Shown in pieces: positions 1-8,744 of a stretch of 17,361 nucleotides of DNA. Every line of letters starts with the position of its first letter. The first letter of the stretch is position 1. Source of the DNA: a virus. The position numbers and the translations under genes were made by a program. The notes under the pieces are model-generated. The model searched no databases and was not told the DNA's origin. It worked only from the letters and a program-made list of their open reading frames with translations. The stretch is taken from UHGV virus genome UHGV-2175977. The stretch is one strand, 5' to 3'.

Positions 1-20
1 ACCATAACGACGGAGCGGAT

Positions 21-659
21 ATGAAAAAGTTAACAGTGGCGGCTTTGGCAGTAACAACTCTTCTCTCTGGCAGTGCCTATGCGCATGAAGCAGGCGAATT
101 TTTTATGCGTGCAGGGTCTGCAACCGTACGTCCAACAGAAGGTGCTGGTGGTACGTTAGGAAGTCTGGGTGGATTCAGCGTGACCAATAACACGCAACTG
201 GGCCTGACGTTTACTTATATGGCGACCGATAACATTGGTGTGGAATTGCTGGCAGCGACGCCGTTCCGCCATAAAATCGGCACCCGGGCGACCGGCGATA
301 TTGCAACCGTTCATCATCTGCCGCCAACACTGATGGCGCAGTGGTATTTTGGTGATGCCAGCAGCAAATTCCGTCCTTACGTTGGGGCAGGTATTAACTA
401 CACCACCTTCTTTGATAATGGATTTAACGATCATGGCAAAGAGGCGGGGCTTTCCGATCTCAGTCTGAAAGATTCCTGGGGAGCTGCCGGGCAGGTGGGG
501 GTTGATTATCTGATTAACCGTGACTGGTTGGTTAACATGTCAGTGTGGTACATGGATATCGACACCACCGCCAGCTATAAATTTAATGGAACCCCCGTGA
601 AAGACGCGGTACGACTGGATCCGTGGGTGTTTATGTTCTCTGCCGGATACCGCTTCTAA
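21..659 (+). CDS. ompW: Outer membrane protein W (OmpW-family small beta-barrel), host gene
   Basis: 212-aa ORF; signal peptide MKKLTVAALAVTTLLSGSAYA then HEAGEFFMRAG; C-terminal ...FMFSAGYRF typical of OMP beta-barrel terminus; GGAG 6 nt upstream of ATG. Family assigned from recalled OmpW sequence, not searched. Confidence 0.9.
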   Translation: MKKLTVAALAVTTLLSGSAYAHEAGEFFMRAGSATVRPTEGAGGTLGSLGGFSVTNNTQLGLTFTYMATDNIGVELLAATPFRHKIGTRATGDIATVHHLPPTLMAQWYFGDASSKFRPYVGAGINYTTFFDNGFNDHGKEAGLSDLSLKDSWGAAGQVGVDYLINRDWLVNMSVWYMDIDTTASYKFNGTPVKDAVRLDPWVFMFSAGYRF

Positions 660-663
660 TTTT

Positions 664-698
664 CTCTGCAAAACCTCTGCAAAACTCTTCTGCAAAAC
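664..698. repeat. Three tandem direct repeats (TCTGCAAAAC at 665-674 and 676-685; CTGCAAAAC at 690-698) between ompW stop and int stop
   Basis: Read directly from sequence; sits at the host/prophage junction next to the integrase 3' end. Confidence 0.6.
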
Positions 699-720
699 TG
701 GTTATCAAATAACCAGTTTT
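694..720. terminator. Bidirectional intrinsic terminator shared by convergent ompW and int
   Basis: Perfect 11-bp inverted repeat AAAACTGGTTA (694-704) / TAACCAGTTTT (710-720) with 5-nt loop; A-run on one side, T-run on the other; int stop codon lies in the loop. Confidence 0.5.
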
Positions 721-1835
721 TTCCACTCTTTACCGCGTGCGTCGTTGTAAATATCGGTCATTTTTTGATTCGAATGGCCCAGCAAAATTTTGGTATCAAT
801 TCCCTGTTCTCTGAACAATCGTTCTGATAAAGATCTTTGCTCATGGAAAGAGGGTGGCGTGCCATTAGCACGCCAGTTGTAATCCACAGAATCCCGGGCT
901 TTTTTAAATGCGACTGTTAATGTTGCTGGTTTAACCATCCCGCCGCGCTTACCCATCCCCTTAGCGTGATGATGGTGCAATAACCACGGACTAAGGATGT
1001 AATCACGACAGGATGACACCACGTCACCCAGGGTAAGATTTAATTTGTCGCAACGCAGAGCCAGAGGAATGGCTATCCGGGCTCCTGTTTTTTGCTGTTC
1101 GACATGAAGGTAACCATCCCGGATATCCGAAAACTGCATTTTGCAAATATCCGAAAGACGCTGGCCCGTCATCAGTGCCAGCAGCATGCCGCGCTGTAAA
1201 AAGTAACCATCCTTTTCCGCTGCGTTATAAATCATCATCCACTCATCAAAAGTCAGTCGCTGTCTTGATATCCGCACTTGCGGTTTTTTTGCCGATTCAG
1301 CCGGGTTAAAGCCTGGCGGAACATCACCCGTTTGTTGAGCCTCCCGGAAAACATCGATCAATACCTTCCTGAAAATTTGTCCCATTCTGTTATGTCCCTT
1401 TGCCTTGTATTCTTCCAGCACCGATACCACATCTTTTACGGTTATGGCATCTAGCGGCCTGGCTCCAAAACGTTCATCAAACACCCTGAGAGGAGCCGCT
1501 TTTTGCTTCAGCGTGCTGAGTTTGATCTCTCCGTTCTCATATCTTTCCTGTTGAATTTTTCTGTAATTATTCAGAAAAATGGAAACGGTTGATGCGCCGC
1601 CGGTATCACTAATAATTTTCTCCTGCAGACTGAGCATTTGCTCCATTTGTTGTCTGGCAAGACGGCTGTTCGCTTCTGCTGCAATGGTTTCCGCCAGTTT
1701 CTGGTCAATACTGCCGAGTCCATGATTTTTACCTGTGGTGGGATGCCTGTAACGCCAGTAAACTTTGTTATTTCTTTTGTCAAAATACGGAGATAAACCC
1801 GGAACATCGGTTTTATATTTTCGCGGGCGCGCCAT
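705..1835 (-). CDS. int: Phage tyrosine integrase (lambda Int family)
   Basis: 376-aa ORF; N-terminal arm-binding-like region, C-terminal catalytic region ending ...LLGHSNQKMTDIYNDARG (the His-x-x-Arg ... Tyr region of tyrosine recombinases); overlapped at its 5' end by an excisionase gene; adjacent to host gene. Confidence 0.9.
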   Translation of the reverse strand: MARPRKYKTDVPGLSPYFDKRNNKVYWRYRHPTTGKNHGLGSIDQKLAETIAAEANSRLARQQMEQMLSLQEKIISDTGGASTVSIFLNNYRKIQQERYENGEIKLSTLKQKAAPLRVFDERFGARPLDAITVKDVVSVLEEYKAKGHNRMGQIFRKVLIDVFREAQQTGDVPPGFNPAESAKKPQVRISRQRLTFDEWMMIYNAAEKDGYFLQRGMLLALMTGQRLSDICKMQFSDIRDGYLHVEQQKTGARIAIPLALRCDKLNLTLGDVVSSCRDYILSPWLLHHHHAKGMGKRGGMVKPATLTVAFKKARDSVDYNWRANGTPPSFHEQRSLSERLFREQGIDTKILLGHSNQKMTDIYNDARGKEWKKLVI

Positions 1836-2061
1836 CTTCCAGTATCCTCTTCAAAGCAGGGTGATCTGTGGCGATCACCTCCGGCTTGTTTACCATTCCG
1901 ACAAAGCGAGCGCGTGGATCCACTCGCCAGTGCCTTCCTACTTTTTTGGGGAGAGGAAATATCATTCCGGCTTTAGCGTATTTACTTAACGTACCCGGAC
2001 TAGGGACCGGTTCACTGAATTCCTCTTTTGCCCACTCAGTGAGCAGAATAAGTCTTGCCAT
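1813..2061 (-). CDS. xis: Excisionase (Xis-like small DNA-binding protein)
   Basis: 82-aa ORF directly upstream of int, overlapping its start by 23 nt; small basic protein in the canonical xis position. Confidence 0.65.
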   Translation of the reverse strand: MARLILLTEWAKEEFSEPVPSPGTLSKYAKAGMIFPLPKKVGRHWRVDPRARFVGMVNKPEVIATDHPALKRILEDGAPAKI

Positions 2062-2125
2062 GAGCGTCGTTCGCTAATCATGGTCGCCGCCACTATAGCC
2101 GGTGGGCGACGACCGGGGTTGAACA

Positions 2126-4579
2126 TTAAAAATCAGCCTGATTCGGGATCAGTTTTTGTATAGCGGCTGTTACGTATTTTGCCTGGTGAAGAGCGTCATC
2201 CAGAGCATTATGGCGCACGCCTTCGAATGGAATTACGCTTCTGGCATTGAAGTCTGTGATTTTCCCCATCTCAACGATTGTGCGTACATCACGATCGTTG
2301 CTGTAATGCCACGGACAGGGGATGTCCAGACGTTCGTATGAGGTGCGCAAAATTGCGTTATCGAACGTTGCGCCATTACCCCACACCTGAACGAATTTTT
2401 CATCAGAGTGTTCATTGACGAATTCCCGAAAACGCAAAAGGGCATCTTTCATTTTTACCTGGTCAGTTAAAATGGCAGCTCTGGCTTCGCTGGACTGCTT
2501 CAGCCACCATTCGATGGTGCCACCATCAGGAACAGCCCCTGTATTCATTGCGTCAGTCAGGCTGATAACGATATAAAATACCGGCCCGATTTCCCCTGTT
2601 TCCGGGTCGAAGAAAACCGCACCAATAACTACTATGGGTGCATTGGTGTTGGTTCCCATTGTTTCAAGGTCGATCATCAGGTGATACCACGTTTTGCTTG
2701 TGGACTTATATTTGTGATGACTGGTTATCTTAATTAAGGGATTTGCCGTCTCGCCAGTTTCACTATCGCTGGCATGATGCTGATTGCCGCCAGAGTTCTC
2801 CTTGTTCTGATGCGCAGAGCCTTCCATTTCCTCTGGATCATTTTCCTGAACTTCAGGCTGATTCTCTTCATCGAACATTTCCTGGTATGTTGCGTCGCCC
2901 ATCACCACGCCACAATCAGGACAGTTGTCGACACCGCTCTGACCGCAGACGGTGCAGACTTTTTCCGGTTCCTGTTGTGCTACTGGTTCGGATTGTTTCG
3001 CTTTTGGCTCTTTTCGTTGCACATTTGGGCTGTTTTGTTCCGCTTTCTGGTCGTTCTGTTCCGATTCTTGCTGGTTCTGGTTCACAGAATCGCGGGTTTC
3101 AATCCCCTTCACCCATTTCGGATCATTCGGGTCGCTAATCCCTTCAGCAAATTCTCCGCCAGAGGTTGCCAGCAATTTGTCTTCGTCGACAGGATTTTGG
3201 GGCGGAATGTTTTTCCGGGATTCATGGAGTTCTGCCCGCAGTTTCTGATATTTCGCATCAACAGAATTCACCTGCGGCTGAGCATCCAGCGGCTGCGTGT
3301 CCGGATGATGTTCAGTTGTATCCGGTTCCACTGTTTCAGTCGTTGGCTGTTCATCTGCCATTGCGCCAGACGGTTGCGGTTTTTCTTCATCATCCTGTTT
3401 TCCTTCTTCTGTTACACGCTGCGGCATTGGGGCAGAGGAACGACCGCAGGCAATATCCACGATTTCCGGATCAGGGTTGGCATGATCGGTTTCGGTCAGC
3501 ACTTTATTCAGGTATTCGGTGACGCGGTGGGGCATAGCCTCTATACCAACCGGTGCTTCTTTCACGGAGGCAACCACGATGGCGCGGGAATAATCCATCC
3601 CGCCTGGCATGTTCAGAAAAGCCTTAAGGAAGACGGAGAAACAGGGATCATTTTCTGCGATAATTTCGTTAACACGTCTGGTATGTGAAGGATGCATGTT
3701 GTAAATATCCACATCCATCGAACGAGCCAGTTTTCCTGTAGCAACATCGAATGCCATTGACGCATTATCATGCACAAAACCTTCGCCGCGATCGGTAAGA
3801 ATACCGCCGCCAGCGTTAGCGCCGGATGGTGTGCGACTGATGCGAGAAACACGATTTCCTTTCATCCACTCTTTTGTAAGCAGACCACGATCAGTGTAGT
3901 CAGCGTCCAGGTATGCTTCGATGAAGGAGGTCATCAGTCCCAGGTCTGAATTTACGGGGGCGGGAAAAACTTTGTCAGTGTCCCGCACCAGTTTGTACAA
4001 ATCCCGAATCTCCAGCGGTTCGAGTTGCGCTGCTTTATTTGAGATGGCCAGCGCGGTAACGGCGGGAAGTTTTTCTTCCTGTGCGTTATGTAATGAGCGC
4101 AGTTCATCCCGCGAAACGTGCGTTACTGGTTTTTCGCCGCCGTGTTGCGCCAGCCAGCGAACAGGCAGAATCTGACCTGAAACCGGCAGAAGCATATTCT
4201 CCTCAATCTCAGTCATGTCTTCGCCATTAACATTGGTGTTGTCAGTGCTGGCTGGTTTGTCCTGCGCGGATGGCGGAGGCGCGATAAATATCATTGTGAT
4301 GCCATCTTCGCCGCCTTTTTCATACCGGTTACAGAATTCGGTATCAAACACGCCTTCCGGTGGAAGGTCATCAACAACGGGCAAATGGACGCGAACAGGT
4401 TTTTTAAAGTCGTCTTCATCATAATCGTTATCATCCATTGCGGTAATGCAGCGGGAGATGGCAACAGATAATTTTTTTGCTGTAGTCCAGTAAAAACCAC
4501 CTTTAATCCCAAGGCGTTTTCTGACTTTGTCATTTTTAGCTTCGCAATATAGCGCAAAAGTTTCTTTATCAGTGCTCAT
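2126..4579 (-). CDS. RecE-like exodeoxyribonuclease VIII homolog with C-terminal DEDDh (DnaQ-like) 3'-5' exonuclease domain
   Basis: 817-aa ORF, GAGG RBS 8 nt upstream. N-terminal and central parts ([19 protein letters not shown]..., acidic/Gln-rich linker, CxxC...CPDC) resemble recalled E. coli RecE; C-terminal ~190 aa carry motifs MIDLETMG (Exo I), [12 protein letters not shown] (Exo II), [13 protein letters not shown] (Exo III, H-x4-D). Confidence 0.8.
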   Translation of the reverse strand: MSTDKETFALYCEAKNDKVRKRLGIKGGFYWTTAKKLSVAISRCITAMDDNDYDEDDFKKPVRVHLPVVDDLPPEGVFDTEFCNRYEKGGEDGITMIFIAPPPSAQDKPASTDNTNVNGEDMTEIEENMLLPVSGQILPVRWLAQHGGEKPVTHVSRDELRSLHNAQEEKLPAVTALAISNKAAQLEPLEIRDLYKLVRDTDKVFPAPVNSDLGLMTSFIEAYLDADYTDRGLLTKEWMKGNRVSRISRTPSGANAGGGILTDRGEGFVHDNASMAFDVATGKLARSMDVDIYNMHPSHTRRVNEIIAENDPCFSVFLKAFLNMPGGMDYSRAIVVASVKEAPVGIEAMPHRVTEYLNKVLTETDHANPDPEIVDIACGRSSAPMPQRVTEEGKQDDEEKPQPSGAMADEQPTTETVEPDTTEHHPDTQPLDAQPQVNSVDAKYQKLRAELHESRKNIPPQNPVDEDKLLATSGGEFAEGISDPNDPKWVKGIETRDSVNQNQQESEQNDQKAEQNSPNVQRKEPKAKQSEPVAQQEPEKVCTVCGQSGVDNCPDCGVVMGDATYQEMFDEENQPEVQENDPEEMEGSAHQNKENSGGNQHHASDSETGETANPLIKITSHHKYKSTSKTWYHLMIDLETMGTNTNAPIVVIGAVFFDPETGEIGPVFYIVISLTDAMNTGAVPDGGTIEWWLKQSSEARAAILTDQVKMKDALLRFREFVNEHSDEKFVQVWGNGATFDNAILRTSYERLDIPCPWHYSNDRDVRTIVEMGKITDFNARSVIPFEGVRHNALDDALHQAKYVTAAIQKLIPNQADF

Positions 4580-4698
4580 TGATAAACCTCATTGCTGTTT
4601 TAAGGTTGTGCGAATCCCTGCCATTGCTGGCATATAAGAATCGACCCTTATGTATTTATTAAGCTGAATGTCGTATTGGGTCAGTTATTTATTACAGC

Positions 4699-4920
4699 TC
4701 ACCATGCCTCCGCCTTTACAGGTAAACCATCACGACCGAGGAAGACTTTAATCATGCGGTCAGTAATGCATGTTTTTGTAGTGAAATCACGGATATAAAG
4801 TTTTTGCTTTTCGATATTGTTTGCCGATGCAACATATGTCCGGCCTTCGTAAATAACGTAATCGCCGGGAGTGACGCACTGGCGTGGTATTTCATCGGTT
4901 CCGAAGTGATGAGCAATCAT
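4699..4920 (-). CDS. Kil-like small protein (candidate host cell-division inhibitor, KilR-like)
   Basis: 73-aa ORF with strong AAGGAG RBS 6 nt upstream; same size and position as kilR in the Rac early-left operon; identity by recollection only. Confidence 0.5.
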   Translation of the reverse strand: MIAHHFGTDEIPRQCVTPGDYVIYEGRTYVASANNIEKQKLYIRDFTTKTCITDRMIKVFLGRDGLPVKAEAW

Positions 4921-4965
4921 AATAATCTCCTTAATAATTTGTGATATGAAGGAAATTCCAGAAAA

Positions 4966-5517
4966 CTATTTAATACTCAGCAACTGCTCGACGGTCATAT
5001 TTTTAATTGCGCCCCGGTTTATGAGAGTCCATCCCTGCTTTTCCAGATAAAAACGGAAAGTATCCAGAGTACAGACCAGTGCGCCATCAGGAACGGTTTC
5101 GGTGAATTTGATGTAGCCGTGTTCGTCGAAGCGGATAACCAGGGTGCGGCCATCACCCGGGATTATTTTGTCAGCGGGTGTGGTGTTATTCCGGCGCAGT
5201 TCTTCCTCCATGCGGTCGAACTCGGCAATGTAGGCTTCCTTGAATGCAGCGGCCTTTTTGCCGGTGAAGCCCATCACCAGGAAAACGAAGCCGTTTTTGG
5301 TGATTTGGTAGGCATTGTAGGTATTGCCACGGTGCTCGAATTTAACCCGCGAAAAGTTGCTGGTTAAAAAGCGTTCAGAACATTCGAGGGCCTCTATTTT
5401 TTGAACAACATGGTGATGCTGCTTGCCGAAGAATTCTGCGATCGCAATAGACGTAGTGACAGCGCGACCATTTTCAATGGTTACGTCAGGGTGAGAAAGG
5501 GTAAGGGTAGTAGCCAT
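4966..5517 (-). CDS. Rha-family phage regulatory protein (antirepressor-like)
   Basis: ORF track gives 4966..5814, but an intrinsic terminator lies inside the 5' extension. ATG at 5517 has a GAGGA RBS 7 nt upstream and starts the conserved MATTLTLSHPDVTIENGRAVTTSIAIAEFFGKQHHHVVQKIEAL block (Phage_pRha-like). Confidence 0.6.
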   Translation of the reverse strand: MATTLTLSHPDVTIENGRAVTTSIAIAEFFGKQHHHVVQKIEALECSERFLTSNFSRVKFEHRGNTYNAYQITKNGFVFLVMGFTGKKAAAFKEAYIAEFDRMEEELRRNNTTPADKIIPGDGRTLVIRFDEHGYIKFTETVPDGALVCTLDTFRFYLEKQGWTLINRGAIKNMTVEQLLSIK

Positions 5518-5684
5518 GATGGCATCCTCAAGTGTTAAGTTAATTAACTCACCACCGAGGCTTTCCACGACCATAAGGGTGGCGAGACGTACAGGGGTGG
5601 AAATACCGGTCACTCGAGAACCCGGCCAGCCTTGCAGCTGCCCTGCACGCCCCACCATTATCTGAATGTGGCTGTGCATTACGC

Positions 5685-5709
5685 ATAAAAAAACCGCTTC
5701 GGCGCGGTT
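5685..5709 (-). terminator. Intrinsic terminator for leftward transcription (tL-like)
   Basis: On the minus strand AACCGC-gccgaa-GCGGTT hairpin followed by TTTTTTTAT (plus-strand 5685-5709). Confidence 0.5.
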
Positions 5710-5964
5710 ATGCGCTCGAGTAACTTTCGGGTTTCCACGCCCGGCACCCGTTTTATGAGGTGCAGGTGCACTATAATTCCACCCGTACTGGTTTTCAATA
5801 GCTACATTCAACATTTTCTCTTACCTTTCATCACCGAAGTGAACTTTGTTGATGCGGTACCTGGTGCCTCCAGGCGACGTTAACCAGTCTGTGTCCGGCG
5901 CACGCACTCCACCTCACCCGTGGAGAAGTCATTAATTACCAACCCTGGCCTTGTTGATTAGCTG

Positions 5965-6183
5965 TTAACGCGGGTATGTAATCATTCTGGCAATGCTTAA
6001 TGCCGCTGCTTTTTCCAGCCTGGTGATATCCTGCTCCAGAGCTGACAGATTTTCAGCCTCCTTAGCCCTGGCTTCATTGGCCCACTTCAGGTCCTGCGCA
6101 GCCTGAATTTTCCGGCGCATCCACTCATAAAGTTCATCATCGGTATAGTCTGGCGAGATGATGACGGGTTCTCGCTTCTGCAT
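5965..6183 (-). CDS. Hypothetical small early-left protein
   Basis: 72-aa ORF, first gene downstream of the leftward promoter/operator cluster; charged, predicted helical (…KEAENLSALEQDITRLEKAAALS). Confidence 0.45.
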   Translation of the reverse strand: MQKREPVIISPDYTDDELYEWMRRKIQAAQDLKWANEARAKEAENLSALEQDITRLEKAAALSIARMITYPR

Positions 6184-6366
6184 ACTGATTTCTCTCAGTG
6201 CTGTTTCCCCTTAACGCCGGGGTAGCGGAACAAAAACCTGCTGCATAGTTAAAGTTAAACCCTGCCGTCATGTTCATACGCCTCGGGCTGGCTACTTAAC
6301 CCCTGACCACTGCCTGGTAACTCGAAGTATTGCCCTGCGTTCTGTGGGGCGGGGTAGGTTGGCAGG

Positions 6367-6413
6367 TATATAATGTACTTTGCGTTCAGTGTTGTAAAGT
6401 ACCTTAAGTACAT
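6367..6413 (-). promoter_or_regulatory. Leftward early promoter (PL-like) with three GTAC-core operator-like sites
   Basis: Minus-strand -35 TTTACA (plus 6393-6398) and -10 CATTAT (plus 6370-6375), 17-nt spacer; ATGTACT at 6373-6379, AAAGTACC at 6396-6403, AAGTACAT at 6406-6413 overlap the promoter elements. Confidence 0.4.
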
Positions 6414-6487
6414 TTTGTGTGTAAAAAAATGAGATGGAAAAAGTGAAGCACAAACCCGGAGGGGGGCGCTACCGGATTTATGCTGGT

Positions 6488-6907
6488 TTAAGAGGCTTTT
6501 TGTTTTTTCTTTCGTGCTAACTCTTCGTAAATTGCATTGTACTTCTGTTTTTTCTCCTCAAGAGTTTTTAAAAGTTCATCTGTCTCACTGTCAGGGAGCT
6601 CGTCCAGAAGGTCAATGATGATTTTTTGTCTTGGATTTAACTCCTGATAGAAACGTACCTGTCCACTTTCTTCTGTATCCTCTCCCAAAAGATAGGTTGG
6701 TGTTGTTCCAATGAGTGTTGCTAATTCCCTTAATTTCTCTCGGCGAGGAATTGTTTCGCCATTAAACCATTTGCTAACCGCTTTTGGTGTTAATTTCATT
6801 CGACGGGCAATTTCTGCCTGCCTTCCATGTTGTTCATAACCAGCGTTTTCACAGGCTAGCGCAAGCCTACTGGCGAACTCTTTACGCGCTTTATCTTCAT
6901 GAACCAT
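6488..6907 (-). CDS. Prophage repressor, XRE/CI-like HTH, no peptidase domain (RacR-like)
   Basis: 139-aa ORF divergent from a cro-like gene; HTH segment GRQAEIARRMKLTPKAVSKWFNGETIP; charged coiled-coil-like C-terminus; no Ser-Lys protease motif. Confidence 0.8.
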   Translation of the reverse strand: MVHEDKARKEFASRLALACENAGYEQHGRQAEIARRMKLTPKAVSKWFNGETIPRREKLRELATLIGTTPTYLLGEDTEESGQVRFYQELNPRQKIIIDLLDELPDSETDELLKTLEEKKQKYNAIYEELARKKKQKAS

Positions 6908-6927
6908 AAGTTCAATGATATTCGCTC

Positions 6928-6962
6928 TTGAATGTACTGTCAGTTCTGTTATAGCATGTACT
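6928..6962 (+). promoter_or_regulatory. Rightward early promoter (PR-like) with two ATGTACT operator-like repeats
   Basis: -35 TTGAAT (6928-6933), -10-like TATAGC (6950-6955); ATGTACT at 6932-6938 and 6956-6962, 24 bp apart, within the 79-bp divergent intergenic region. Confidence 0.4.
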
Positions 6963-6986
6963 CAAAGTTCACATTGTGAGGGTGAT

Positions 6987-7241
6987 ATGAACCAGAAAAC
7001 ACTTGAAGATGTAATCAAAACTGTTCGCGTTTCTGTTGTGGCCGACGTTTGTGGTGTCAGCCAAAGAGCAATCTACAAATGGATGGATAACGGAAAATTG
7101 CCTCGCACAGAATATACCGGCGAAACAAATTACGCTGAAAAAATCGCTCATGCATCAAACGGATTATTTTCTGCCGATGCAATTTTAACTATTGGCAGAA
7201 ATAAAACTACTACGAAAAAGCTGATGGGAGTTGATTCATGA
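6987..7241 (+). CDS. Cro/YdaS-like HTH regulator
   Basis: ORF track starts at 6915; ATG at 6987 has a GAGGGTG RBS and gives MNQKTLEDV... with HTH VVADVCGVSQRAIYKWMDNGKLP; divergent from repressor. Confidence 0.7.
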   Translation: MNQKTLEDVIKTVRVSVVADVCGVSQRAIYKWMDNGKLPRTEYTGETNYAEKIAHASNGLFSADAILTIGRNKTTTKKLMGVDS

Positions 7242-7663
7242 AAATCAAGCATGAGCATATCCGCATGGCGATGAATGCCTGGGCGCGTCCGGATGGTGAA
7301 AAAGTTCCGGCAGCTGAAATAACCAGGGTTTATTTCGAGCTGGGCATGACGTTTCCTGAGCTGTACGACGACAGCCATCCGGAAGCCCTGGCCCGTAATA
7401 CCCAGAAAATTTTCCGCTGGGTGGAGAAAGACACCCCTGATGCGGTTGAAAAAATTCAGGCGTTACTACCAGCGATCGAAAAGGCAATGCCGCCTTTGCT
7501 GGTGGCCAGAATGCGTAGCCACAGCTCAGCCTATTTCAGGGAGCTGCTGGAGACACGAGAACGGCTGGTGAGAGACGCTGATGATTTTATCGCAGTGGCA
7601 ATCGCCGGTTTCAATCAGATGAATCGTGGTGGCCCGGCGGGTAATGCTGTGGTGATGCACTGA
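7238..7663 (+). CDS. YdaT-like (CII-like) early regulator
   Basis: 141-aa ORF, start overlaps upstream stop (ATGA); positional equivalent of ydaT after racR-ydaS; assignment positional plus recollection. Confidence 0.5.
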   Translation: MKIKHEHIRMAMNAWARPDGEKVPAAEITRVYFELGMTFPELYDDSHPEALARNTQKIFRWVEKDTPDAVEKIQALLPAIEKAMPPLLVARMRSHSSAYFRELLETRERLVRDADDFIAVAIAGFNQMNRGGPAGNAVVMH

Positions 7664-7733
7664 CTGGCAATAGTTATACCGGATCGCTTTCGGTAGTACG
7701 TGATTAAGGAATTCGGTATCAGAAGAGGCAATT

Positions 7734-8744
7734 ATGGCCGCATTACCATACATGCAACTGTACATCGCTGATTACCTGGCTGACACCATGCATTTATCAG
7801 CAGAGGAGCACGGTGCGTATTTGTTGCTGATGTTCAATTACTGGCAAACAGGAAAGCCAATACCTAAAAACAGGCTGGCAAAAATTGCCCGTCTGACTAA
7901 TGAGCGATGGGCTGATGTGGAGCCATCCTTGCGGGAGTTTTTTCACGATAACGGCGATGAATGGGTGCATCTTCGGATTGAGGAAGATCTGGCATCAGTC
8001 AGGGAAAAATTAACCAAAAAATCAGCCGCCGGAAAAGCATCTGTTCAGGCCAGAAGAAGCAGAAAGGAAGCAGATGTTCAAACAAAACAAGAGAGAGATT
8101 TAACAGGTGTTCAAACAAATGTTGGTGTGGTGTTTGAACATAACGCAAACACAAAGGCAACTAATAAAGATACAGATAAAGAATTAAACCCCACACATAA
8201 CGCGCGCGTGCGCGAGAGTGCTCCGACCAGTGAACCGAACGGTACGCCGTTGCAGGTGGCGGAACCTGAATTTCCGGATGGCCTGAGTGAACCCATCGGG
8301 AAATTTCCGATGGCCGATGGCTGGCATCCGTCGCTGGATTTTCGACGACGGGCTGCGTTGTGGGGAGCGGCTTTGCCGGAACCGGAATTTACACCTGCTG
8401 AACTTGCCGCCTTCCGGGATTACTGGATGGCGGAGGGGAAAGTGTTCACACAGGTTCAGTGGGAGCAGAAATTCGCCCGTCACGTAAATCACGTCAGGGC
8501 GCAGGTTAAACCAGTCAGCAAGGGGGTGAACCATGCAGCAGCACCAGGTGGCACCGCATCACGGGCAGTTCAGGAAATTCGGGCAGCACGTGAGCAGTGG
8601 GAACGTGAAAACGGATTTATCAGCGACGGAAACAGCCTGGAAGCTGTGGGAACTCATGGGGGAGGTTTATTCGGACCGCTGGACCCGGAAGAACGGGGCC
8701 GCACCTTCGAAGCTCTGGATTGCACAGATTGGCGCGATGACTGA
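7734..8744 (+). CDS. Replication initiation-associated protein, DUF1376/YdaU-like with DnaT-like C-terminal region
   Basis: 336-aa ORF; N-terminus MAALPYMQLYIADYLADTMHLSAEEHGAYLLLMFNYW fits recalled DUF1376 motif; first gene of replication module. Confidence 0.7.
   Translation: MAALPYMQLYIADYLADTMHLSAEEHGAYLLLMFNYWQTGKPIPKNRLAKIARLTNERWADVEPSLREFFHDNGDEWVHLRIEEDLASVREKLTKKSAAGKASVQARRSRKEADVQTKQERDLTGVQTNVGVVFEHNANTKATNKDTDKELNPTHNARVRESAPTSEPNGTPLQVAEPEFPDGLSEPIGKFPMADGWHPSLDFRRRAALWGAALPEPEFTPAELAAFRDYWMAEGKVFTQVQWEQKFARHVNHVRAQVKPVSKGVNHAAAPGGTASRAVQEIRAAREQWERENGFISDGNSLEAVGTHGGGLFGPLDPEERGRTFEALDCTDWRDD

Noticed and set aside
156-434. 92-aa minus-strand ORF inside ompW
   Set aside because: Fully embedded antisense in a conserved host gene; no RBS support.
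2062-2125. RecT-like annealase gene next to the RecE-like gene
   Set aside because: Only a 64-bp gap separates the exonuclease stop from xis; no annealase-sized ORF in the left operon.
2743-3688. Plus-strand ORFs (131, 304, 98, 118 aa) inside the RecE-like gene
   Set aside because: Antisense to a confidently coding gene within its repetitive acidic/Gln-rich linker; low-complexity, Cys/Phe/Leu-rich translations typical of spurious antisense frames.
4966-5814. Full 282-aa ORF-track reading frame for the Rha-like gene
   Set aside because: The 99-codon extension contains an intrinsic terminator (5685-5709) and reads as low-complexity sequence; the conserved Rha block begins at ATG 5517, which has a good RBS.
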